Shown: positions 10,547 through 22,500 of the stretch, one piece after another
Layout: every line of letters starts with the position of its first letter
How positions within the stretch are numbered: position 1 is the first letter of the stretch
The notes under the pieces: model-generated
Told to the model about the DNA's origin: nothing
What the model saw: only the letters and a program-made list of their open reading frames with translations
The model's database searches: none
NCBI RefSeq assembly: GCF_028641065.1
Contig: NC_073387.1
Coordinates: forward strand, 23,374,001 to 23,438,000
Direction: 5' to 3'
Source: Leucoraja erinacea
Lineage: Eukaryota
DNA: 64,000 nucleotides
Program-made: the position numbers and the translations under genes

Positions 10547-13500
10547 GTAAGGTGTTAACCAAAGTCACTTTCCCATTCCCGATTCCCGATTCCCAGAGAG
10601 CAGGTCAATGATTCCCGGGTTCTGGGGCCTCACGGATGGACCGCAACTAGGGTTGCCAACTTTCTCACTCCCAAATATAGGACAAACGGTCAAAATAAGG
10701 AACAAATTCCCGACGGCAATTCGTTGACCGACCTGGCCATGGCTGGGTGAATGATGAGTTGATTGCACACACAGCCCAGCCGGTGGGTCAGCTGAGGAGT
10801 TTTGGCCTGGGCGCGCAACGTCGCGCACAAAGTCCGGCACCCCATACACTCATGGATTGACGATCGGCCATGAGAAGGAGGGGTGGTGGTGTTGGCGGTA
10901 AGCGAAGGTCCGAAGGTCGGACAGCTGGCCGGGCTGCCGACCGACCAGGCCACGGGCGGGGCTGGACGCGGCGCTCTGACCCGACAGTCCCCTCGACCCG
11001 AGTAGTAGCAGTCAAATACGGGACAAGGGCGGTCCCGTACGGGACAAACCAATTTAGCCCAATATATGGGATGTCCTAGTTAATACGGGACAGTTGGAAA
11101 ACTTAACCGCAACTGTCCAGCACACTTTAGTTTATTGTCACGGGTTCTGAGGTGCAGTGAAAAGCTGGAATCCCAGACCATCACTCAAACCAACCTCCCT
11201 TCCATTGACAGTATACAGATACACTTCACGCTGCCTCGGCAAGACCACCAGAATAATCAAGGGCCAGTCTTTAGTAGATACAAGGGAGGGGAGGGGGCGG
11301 GATTGATAGGCAGTTGGTTGGAACAAAGGCCAGAGACAAAAGCAAGTGTGACATAAAAGGATTGAAGTTGCAAATTGTGAAGCTAGAGGAAGGAATGTAG
11401 GTGAAAGAAGAGGGGGGGGGGGGGGGGGGGGGGGAAAAGAAATGGGGGTGGGGGTGTGGGGATGAAAGGGAGTGGGGTTTAATAGGAGATTATCTAAAAT
11501 TGGAGAATTCAATGTTCATACCATTGGGCGTAAGCGACCCAAGCTTAAATATAGAAACAAGTTTATTGAGTGCTGGAGGAACAGTATCTCTGTATCTCCG
11601 GAGGGAATGTACAGGCGATGTTTTGAGTCGGGACCCTACTTCACACTTCTGCTTTCAGTTCATTGATGCATGAGATGTTTTGGGTCTAATTCAGAGAGTT
11701 AAAATAGTAAACTTTCAGGGGAAAACATAAAATAGGAAGTGTGATTTGCAGTCTGACAAAGCAATCTAAATATCAGATGTAGCCGAGGAGATTAGTTTAG
11801 CTTGGCATCATGGTCGGCACAGATATGGTGGGCCGAAGGGCCTGTTCCGATGCTGTACTGTGCTGTATTAGTCACTGATCCTTCTGATTTTGATTAATTG
11901 TTTGAAGGAAATCTGTGGGCGGTCACGGTGGCACAGCAGTAGAGTTGCTGCCTTGCAGCAAAATGCAATGCCAGAAACCCGGGTTCGATCACGACTACGG
12001 GTGCCGTCTGTATGGCGTTTGTACGTTCTCCCCGTGATCGGCGTGGGTTTTCTCCAAGGTCTTCGGTTTCCTCCCACGCTCCAAAAACGTAGGTTAATTG
12101 GCTTGATAAAAATGTAAAATTGTCCAAGTTGGCGATATGCAGAGTACTGCCCTGCTGACTACAACATTCAGAAGGTTCAGAAGGTTGTGGCTGTGTCATC
12201 CTTTATGTTTTAAGATTCTGGAAGTTTGAAGTTTAGTTGCTACATGTACCAAGGTACAGTGAAAAGCTTTTGTTGCGTGCAAACCAGTCAGTAGAAAGAC
12301 TATACCTGATTACAATCAAGCCGTCTACAGTCTACAGATGAAGGGCATAACGATTATTGCAAGATAAAGTCTAGTAAAGTCTGATTAAAGATAGTCCGAC
12401 GGGCATAGATAGAGTGGATGTGGAAAGGATGTTTCCACTGGTGGGAGAGTCTCGGACCAAAGGTGATAGCCTGGTCGCTCTTTTAGAAAGGAGGTGAGGA
12501 GGAACTTCTTCATTGGCCAGAGGGTAGTTAATTTGTGGAATTGCCACATAGGGCCGTGGAGGCCAAGTCAGTAGATTTATTTAAGGCAGAGATAGACAAA
12601 TTCCTGATTAGAATGGATGTCAAGGGCTATGTGTGAAGGCAGGAAAATAGGGTTAGGAGGCAGAGATCAGCCATGATTTAGTGAGCTGGGAGGTCAGGAC
12701 TGCTCTCTGGTTGGTGTTAGTTGTGGACACAGCCCAGACCATCACACAAATAATCCTCCCTTCCATTGAATCCAAGACCACCAGCATAATCAAGGACCAG
12801 TCTCACCCTGGTCACTCAATCTTCTCCCCTCTCCCATCAGACGAGAGGTACAGAAGTGTGAAAACGCACACCTCCCGATTCAGGGACAATTCCTTCCCAG
12901 CTGTTATCGGACAACTGAATCATCCTATCAACACCCAGAGAGTGGTCCTGACTTCCCATCTACCTCATTGGAGACCCTCGGACTATCTTTAATTGGAATT
13001 TAGCTTGCTCTAAACATTATTCCCTTTATCCTGTATCTGTACACTGTGGACAGCTTGATTGACATCATATATAGTCTTTCTACCGACTGGTTAGCATGCA
13101 AGAACCTTTCACTCACTGTATGTTGGTACAAGTGACAAAGACCGAACTATCTCCAATAGGTCCACATCGCCTGCCGAGCGACACCCAAGGCATTCAGAGG
13201 GAGAGAGACAATTGGCTGACTGTTGACTCACCAGTTGCCAGGGAGAAGTCGGAGATGAGGGAGAGTTTTGAACCAGGATGTCATTAAAGAGCGAGCAGCT
13301 GCAGTGTACAAAGGCAGATAATTAATTCCAGAGCTTGCAGCTGATCTCATAGACACAGGAAACTGCAGATGCTGGAATCTTGAGCAAAACACAAAGCGCT
13401 GGAGTAACTTTCTCGGAAAGTTGCTTTCCGAGAATTATATCTACTATAAATTCAAATTCACACATGCACTGACTACACCGCCCAAACACGGACTTCCATC

Positions 13501-16500
13501 TGTATATATGTATATATGTATGTAGCGCCGCAGAATTTGTGCACCTATTCCCCCCCCCCCCCCCCCCCCCCATCTCCCTTCTGTTTTTTTTTTTTTTTTC
13601 TGTTTCTTGTTTTTTTTTTGTGCTAAATTGTATGTATGCACTGAGTACGAGCAGCTTTCAGTTTCACTGTACATGTATAGTGACAATAAATGGCATATCT
13701 ATATCTATATCTAACTCAGCAGGTCAGGCGGCATCTTTGCAGAACATGGATAGGTGATGTTTCGGGTCGGGACCCTTCTTCAGACTGATGGGGATGGGGG
13801 GAGAAAGCAGGGAGAGGTGGGGGCGAGACAAAGTCTGGCAAGTGGCAGGTGGATACAGGTAAGGGAGTTTGATTGGCAAATGGGTGGGCAGAGATAGGAA
13901 GAAGACATCTTCCTTGTGTCTGAAGAAGGGTTCCGACAGATGGTGCCTCTGACCCACCGAGTTACTCCAGCACTTTGGGTCTTCATTTTGTAACCCAGCA
14001 TCGGCAGTTCCTTGTGTCTCCAAGATTAAAAAAGGCTGCGAGATAAATGAGATGAGGAGAGAAGAAATGCAAAATGTGAAGCCAGAGGAGGGAATATAGG
14101 TGGAAGGGGACCAGGAGGAGGGATGGGTGAGGGGGAAGGTTATTGAAAGTTAGTTGCCTAAAATTCAAGAGAGAGTTAGATTTAGCTCTTGGGGATAAAG
14201 GAATCAAGGGATATGGGGAAAAAGCAGGAACAGGGTACTGATTTTAGATGAACAGCCGTGATCATATTGAATGACATGCTGGCTTGAAGGGCCGAATGGC
14301 CTACTCCTGAACTCACTTTACCTCGGTACACATGAACTAACCAACTCCATTTCTGCCGAGCCACAGGTGGTATTCAGTGAGCATGGATTAAATTAAACTG
14401 AACTGAAAGAGGTAAAACGAGGAACTCAGCAGGTCAGGCAGCATCTGTGGAAGGGAACAGACAGACAATGATTCAGATTGGGACCCTCCTTCAGACTGAT
14501 GCAGTTGGTGGGGGCGGGACAAGGCCTGGCAACTAATAGGTAGATAAAGGGGACGGGGTTTTGTTGGCTGGAAGGGACAAAGACCAAGAGGTGAAAAGGT
14601 GACAAAAGGATGTCAGATTAAGGGATATGGGGAGGGGTGAAATGTAAAGCCGGAAGGAGGAATGTGGGTGGAAGGGGGCGGAGGGGGTGGGAAGGGGGGG
14701 GGGGGGGGGATGGTGGGAGAAATGGGTGCACATCAGGGTGGAAGAGTGGCACAGCAAAGAGAGGGGGGGGGGGGGGGGGGGAGGGGTTGTTACATAAAAT
14801 TGGAGAATTCAATGTTCATGCCATTGCGTTGGAGTCATAGAATTATAGTCATGCTGCATGGAAACAGCCCCTTCGGCCCGACTTGTCCATACCTGGATAG
14901 AATGGATGCAGAGAGGATGTTTCCACTCGTGGGAGATTCTAGGACCAGGGGGCACAGCCTCAGAATAAAAGGACGTACCTTTAGAAAGGAGATGAGGAGG
15001 AATTTCTTTAGTCAGAGGGAGGTGAATCTGTGGAGTTCTGACACAGACGGCTGTGGACGCCGTCATTGGGTATTTTTAAGGTGGAGATTGACAGATTCGT
15101 GATTTAGTAACGGTTGTCAGGGGTTATGGGGAGAAGGCAGGAGAATGGGGTTGAGAGGGAAATATAGATCTGAATGGCGGAGTACACAATGGGCCGAATG
15201 GCCTAATTCTGCTCCTAGAGCTTATAAATGTATGAATTTAAGCTGACCAAGATCTCCCATCTATACCAATTATAAACCTTGAAAGATTTACATTTCCTGT
15301 TGTGGGGAATTTCCTGTTGTTGAACTGGTTTCACGCAATAAAAACACTTTTATAATTGTGAGTCTCTGGCATTCTCTCACCAAGTGGGAGTTCTTAGAAT
15401 TAGGCTGACTGCTCTTTGATAAGGGCGGGTTGTAAGTTTACTGTGGATGGATTAGAATAGATGGTGTTGTGTTTGATGGGGCCAAAGGGCCTGTTTCTGT
15501 GCTGTCACTCTCCCTATGACTAGAGTCATACAGCATGGAAACAGGTCATTCGGCCCAACTTGCCCACACCGACCACCATGCCCCATCTACACTAGTCCTA
15601 CCTGCCCACTTTTAGGACCAGAAGGCACAGTCTCAGAGTAAAAGGACGTACCTTTAGAAAGGAGACAAGGAGGAATTTCTTTAGCCAGGGGGTGGTGAAT
15701 CCGTGGCATTCATTGCTAGAGATGGTGGTGGAGGCCTGGTCATTGGGTATTTTTAAGGAGATTGATAGGTTCTTGATTAGTATGGTGTCAAAGGTTAAGA
15801 AAAGAAGGCAGGAGAATGGAATTGAAAGGAAAAAAATAGATCAGCTATGATTGAATGGCGGAGTAGGACCGAATGGCCTAATTCTGACCCTGGTCTTATA
15901 AAACACCATAGTTAAGGAAGATTCAGGCAAAATACTGGTAAATAAGGTTAGTAAAGATGAGTGGCCAGCATGGACACGGTGGGCCGAATGGCCTGTTTCT
16001 GTGCTATGTGCGTCTATGTACCATCATCCGTTATGTGTAGGAAGGTAATGCAGAGTCCGATAAAGGGTCTCGACCTGAAACGCCACCCATTCCTCTATCC
16101 AGAGACGCTGCCTGTTCTGCTGAGTTGCTTGCTGCGTTACTCCGTCACTCCAGCACTTTGTGTTCATCTTTGGTACAAACCATCATGACTTGGACACACA
16201 CCAGGTGTAAATGTTGGAGGTTCCTCCCCATCAACACCATAGGAGTCAACAAAACCAACAGTTCATCAAGAGAAGGACTGCAGCCGTTCATGAGTGCGTC
16301 TCACCACCACTTTCTTGATGCCAGTCAGGGAGTGATCTGGAAAACATGGATATGTGACACTTTGGGTTGGGACCCTTCTTCAGACTGTTGTGGCTTGGGA
16401 AGTGTGGGTGGGGGCAGGATGGGGAGGCGGGGAGAGTAGGATGGAAAACCCCCAACACAAAACCATGGCAAATCCACCTGGCCGTTTCCCCCTTGCTCAT

Positions 16501-19500
16501 TTAACTTGACATCATGCCAACACCAACACTGTGGGCCGAAGAGCCCGCTTCGGTGTTGTACTGTTCTATGTACACTGGCCTTATATTCTCTGGAATTTGG
16601 AAGGATGAGAGGGGATCTTATAGAAACATATAAAATCCAGCCATGATCACATTGTATGGCGGTGCTGGCTCGAAGGGCCGAATGGCCTACTTCTGCATCT
16701 ATTGTCTATTGTCTATTGTCTAAAATTCTTAAGGGATTGGACAGGCTAGATGCAGGAAAAATGTTCCCCATGTATGTAAGTCCAGAACCAGGGGTCACAG
16801 TTTAAGGATAAGGGGTAGGCCATTTTGGACTGAGATAAGGAACAAGTTTATCGCCCAGAGAGTTGTGAATCTGTGGAATTCTCTGCCACAGAAGGCAGTG
16901 GAGGCCAATCCACTGGATGTTTTCAAGAGAGTTAGATATCGATCTTAGGGCTAATGGAATCAAGGGATATGGGGTAAAAGCATGAACGGGGAACTGATTC
17001 TGGATGATCTGCCATGATCATATTGAAAGGCGGTGCTGGCTCGACGGGCTGAATGGCCTACTGCTGCACCTATTTTCTATGTTTAAGAAAGAACTGCAGA
17101 CGCTGGAAAAATCGAAGGTAGACAAAAATGCTGGAGGAACTCAACGGGTGAGGCAGCATCTATGAAGAGGAGGAAAAGGCGACGTTTCAGGTCGACACCC
17201 TTCTCCAGACTGGTCGAGACCCTTCTTCTATGTTTCCATGTTAATTTTTGTGTCTACCATGATCTGTAGACACTCTCCACCTCCACCAGGGGTCAGTGGT
17301 GAGACATAAATCTATTTTCTGGAAACTCATGCAACTGTGGGGGGGGGGGGGGGTGAAGAACTGGAGCCGAGGAAAGACCAGGACCAAGCAGGAACGATCA
17401 CTAATGATTTCAGGCAGGGTCGTGCCTGGTTGTCCATTGCTGGCCAGGGAAGGTGTGAGGGGAATGGACTGGGGATGTTTCGGGCCAGGACCTTCGTCAG
17501 ACTAGTGGTGTAAACTGTTGGTCCTTGCCCTCCAAGCGATGGGTTTGTCAGGATGGAAGGTTGACCATGAATCCTGTAATTCATGTCCTCCCTCCCCTCC
17601 ACTCGCACTACCTGTCTCCCCACATTAAGTCAATGGAATAAAGCATGGGTTAGGGATGCAGAATCCAAGGCATAAAGTCAGGAGAGGGGGCAGATGGTAT
17701 GAAGGAGATGGAAACAGTTGTCTTGGAAGGGCCACTAACGTCCCTCAGAGGAAGAAATCTGCCTTCCATACCCTGCCCGGGCCTACACCCACCATCGTGG
17801 GTGACGCTTAACTTCTCTAGACTGGGTCTCACGAGGAACAATTAGTGATAGTCAATAAATCCAACGATGCCAGACATCTGAACAATTTACGCTTGGACCA
17901 CCAAGGCCTACGGGGTCTCCCGGTTGCTAAGGGGTATAAATAAGGGGTAAGCCATTTAGAACGGAGACGAGGAAACACTTTTTCTTACAGAGAGTTGAGA
18001 GTCTGTGGAGGCCAGTTCTCTGGATACTTTCAAGAGACAGCTAGATAGGGCAGAGTCAGGGGATATGGGGAGAAGGCAGGAACGGGGTACTGATTGGGGA
18101 TAATCAGCCATGATCACATTGAATGGCGGTGCTGGCTTGAAGGGCCGAATGGCCTATTCCTGCAACTATTGTCTTTTATCTATTGCGGACCAATTCTTAA
18201 CTCGTCTTCCATCCATATCCCTGGATAAGGGAGTTGGGACCAGTGTAGATTGGGCATCTTGGTCGGCATGGATGAGTTGGGCTGAAGGGCCTGTTTGCGT
18301 GCTGTGTAGGATTCTGGAGAGTAGCTGAGAGACTTTGGAAGGAGGGAAATGAGAGAGAGAGAGAGAGATCCTGACATCTATTGGATTCACAGCTCATTGT
18401 TATTTGTTGTGCCATCCAGTGGATGTTTTACCAGTTCCACCAGTTTCACTTCCAGGGAATTACCCCATTACTAATAATAATTAATTGACACAGACCTTCG
18501 GAAAGTCCCTTGCAAATTACAGGGAAACTTCCTGGACAAATTCACTGCGTCGCACATCACTAATACCACCAATCATACCCAAATCCCTCCAAAAGTTGTG
18601 GACTTTATCTGGCTCTAAACATTATTCCCTTTAACTTGTATCTGTACACTGCAGATGGCTTGCTTGTAATCATGTACAGTTTTTCCACTGACTGGATAGC
18701 ATGCAACAAAAGCTTTCCACTGTACCTCGGTACACGTGACAATAAACTGAACTGAACGGCAATGGGACTAGTGTAAATGAGTGATAGTGACTGGGTGGGC
18801 TGAAGGGCCTGTTTGTATGTTGTGTCTCTCTGTGGATCAGGGGCCATACACACACCTCTCAGATGTTGTACATGGCCAGTGAACCATTGAGGTGCTCCCC
18901 CTCCTCACCATTGCCGTCTGCCTTCCAGGAGCCTGAGCTGGGGCCGAGGGCTGCTCTACGCTGGCGTATCCATCCTGGTGGCCATGCTCATCGCCGGCCA
19001 GGTGGTCGGCATCATGTTCCTGATGAAGCAACAGGACAAGATAGACGGGCTGCAGAAGACCACGAGACGTCTTGAGAGCAAGTACTCGGCGAGCCGCGGA
19101 CCATTCAGTAAGCAGAGCCGCCAGCAATGATCAACTTACAATGATCAACTGATTGGGTGGTTGATTGGGTGATTCATTGATTTATTGAGTGCTTGATTGA
19201 TTGACATTAATTGATTAATCTGTTTAATTAGATGATTGATTGATCAATTTACTGATTGATCAATTTATTGGTGACTGATTGATTCATTAATTAAATGATT
19301 CATTGGTTGATTGGGAATTACATAGAAACATAGAAAAATAAAAATTAGGTGCAGGAGTAGGCCATTCGGCCCTTCGAGCCTGCACCGCCATTCAATATGA
19401 TCATGGCTGATCATCCAACTCAGTATCCTGTACCTGCCTTCTCTCCATACCCCCTGATCCCCTTAGCCACAAGGGCCACATCTAACTCCCTCTTAAATAT

Positions 19501-22500
19501 AGCCAATGAACTGTGGCCTCAACTACCTTCTGTGGCAGAGAATTCCAGAGATTCACCACTCTCAGTGTGAAAAATGTTTTTCTCATCTCGGTCTTGAAGG
19601 ATTTCCCCCTTATCCTTAAGCTGTGACCCCTTGTCCTGGACTTCCCCAACATCGGGAACAATCTTCCTGCATCTAGCCTGTCCAACCCCTTAAGAATTTT
19701 GTAAGTTTCTATAAGATCCCCCCTCAATCTCCTAAATTCTAGCGAGTATAAACTGAGTCTATCCAGTCTTTCTTCATATGGAAGTCCTGACGTCCCAGGA
19801 ATCAGTCTGGTGAACCTTCTCTGCACTCCCTCTATGGCAATAACGTCCTTCCTCAGATTTGGAGACCATAACTGTACGCAGTACTCCAGGTGTGGTCTCA
19901 CCAAGACCCTGTCCAACTGCAGTAGAACCTCCCTGCTCCTATACTCAAATCGTTTTGCTATGAATGCTAACATACCATTCGCTTTCTTCACTGCCTGCTG
20001 CACCTGCATGCCTACCTTCAATGACTGGTGTACCATGACACCCAGGTCTCGCTGCATCTCCCCTTTTCCTAATCGACATTCCTTGATTGATTAATTGGCT
20101 GTGGATTGATTGACCGATTGATTAGTTGATTAATTTATTTGTTAATTGATTGATTGATTGCCTGATGATTGGTCCACTACTTGCTTGTTGGCACCATAAG
20201 GCAGCAGCTCTACCCGCTGCGCAACCATTGGGCTGGGGTTGTGAGGGGATTTCAAAAAAAACATTGGCCCACTCAGTTTGTTCCTCATTCTGTTTATTCG
20301 CCTGCACTGAATTTCCCCAGAACCCTCTCTGAGCTAAGTAAAATCCTCAACGCACACACACACACACTCTGAGGGGGGAGCCCCACGGTGAGCTGTTTGC
20401 TAGAATTGGGGATCCGCCTGGCTTTAGAAGTATGATTCACTTTGGTTTTCATCAGCTCAGATTAGATACACCGGTGCTGTTTATTCTGCAATAGAACATA
20501 GTACAGCATAGCACTGGAACAGGCCCTTCGGCCCACAATGTCCATGCCAAACATGATGGCAAGTCAAACTAATCTCCTCTGCCTGCACGTGATCCATATC
20601 CCGACATTCCCTACACTTCCAGGTGCCTATCTAAAAGCCTCTTAAACACCACTAGCATATCTGCCTCCACTACCCACCCCTGAAAGCGCCTTTCAGGCAC
20701 CCACCACCCTCTGTGTGTAAAAAAAAATCCTTCAAACTTTAGAATCATAAATCATACTGTAGAATCTCCTTTCAACTTTCCCCCTCTCACCTTCAAGCTG
20801 TGGCATCTAGTGTTGTACATTTCCATTCAGGGATAAAGGTTCTGACCCCATCTATGCCTCTGATAATTTTATATACTTCTATCATGTCTCTCCCAAGCAT
20901 CTTGAGGTTCCAGAGAAAACAATCCAAGTCTGTCCAACCTCTCCTTGTAGCTGAAACCCTCCAATACAGGCAGCATTCCGGTGAACAGGGAAAAGAGCGG
21001 GGGAGGGGGGGGGGGGGGGGGGGGGGGGATTGGGGGAAGGGAGAGGGGGGTGAGGGTTGTGAAGCTGCATCTACAGTTCCATGTGTCTCCATTTTTTTCT
21101 TGTATCTTTTTATCCTTCAGGACCGAAGCCAATCATGCACCTGAGACCGATGATGATGGATCTGCCCATTTCCTACATCAACCCCAATGCCGACGCACCA
21201 AAGGTGACTTCTCGCCGAGACATTATGGAATATTAACTCCCCTTCCCATTCCCACACCGACCTTTCTGCCCTGGGCCTCCTCCGTTCCCCTCATTAAGTC
21301 TTAAAGGAATAAAGCAAGGGTTCGGGATTCAGAAGCTAAGACACAAAGGCTGTGGAGGGGGCAGATGGAATGAGGTTCATGTTCATGTCCTTAAATCATA
21401 GAAACAGAATTAGGCTATTTGGCCATTCAAGTCGTGGCTTGACTTCATTCAATCATTCAATCATGGCTGATCTATCTTTGCCTCTCAATCCTATTCTCCT
21501 GTCTTCATCCCACATCTTCACAGCTTAAGGATACGGGGGAAATCCTTTAAAACCGAGATGAGGAGAACTTTTTTCACACAGAGAGTGGTGAATCTCTGGA
21601 ACTCTCTGCCACAGAGGGTAGTTGAGGCCAGTTCATTGCCTATATTTAAGAGGGAGTTAGATGTGGCCCTTGTGGCCAAGGGGATCAGAGGGTATGGAGA
21701 AAAGGCAGGTACGGGATACTGAGTTGGATGATCAGCCATGATCATATTAAATGGCGGTGCAGGCTCGAAGGGCCAAATGGCCTACTCCTGCACCTAATTT
21801 CTATGTTTCTATGTTTCTATATCCTTTGACACCCATAGTAAACAAGATCCGTCTTAAAAATATTAATCAATGGCCTTCTTAGCCGACTGTGGCAATGAAT
21901 TCCATAGATTCACCACCCTCTGGCTAAAGAAATTCATCCTCATCTCTATTTGAAAGCTACATCCTTTTATTCTGAGCGAAAACATCCTCTCCACGTCCAC
22001 TCGGTCCAGGCCTTTCACAATTTGGTGAGTTCAATGAAGGCTCCCCCCATCCTCCTAAACTCCAGCGAGTGCAGGCCCAGTGCCGACAAACGCTCATCAT
22101 ACGTTAACCCAATTATCCCCGGGATCATTGTCGTAAACCTCCCCTGGACCCTCTCCAACGCCAGCACTTCCTTCCTCAGATCTGACGCCCAAAACTAGTC
22201 ACAATAACGGAGATGGAAGCAGTTGGTCTAGGTGTAGAGATAGGTAGCATGGTCCACTCATCTGGTGTCCATGGATGGGATGGGTACCATGGATGTCCTT
22301 GGAAGGTCCACTAACATTCCTCAGAGGAGGAAATCTGCCTTAGCGACCCTGCCTGAGCCTACACCCGCCAACGCGGTTAACGTCTCTCGAGACTGGGTTC
22401 CATGGAGCTGTATTTGTCACTTGTGCAACTGCACTGTGAAATTCATTTCGCATTATTACACATGCGGGCGCCACCATGTTTTGCCGCAAAATCCAAAAGT

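Noticed and set aside
17912-17934. X1-like CCCCTTAGCAAC on the minus strand in intron 1
   Set aside because: RFX half-site only; no X2 or properly spaced Y box.
18837-19127. ORF-track calls 18837-19127(-) and 18863-19075(+)
   Set aside because: Antisense or wrong-frame shadows of CD74 exon 2.
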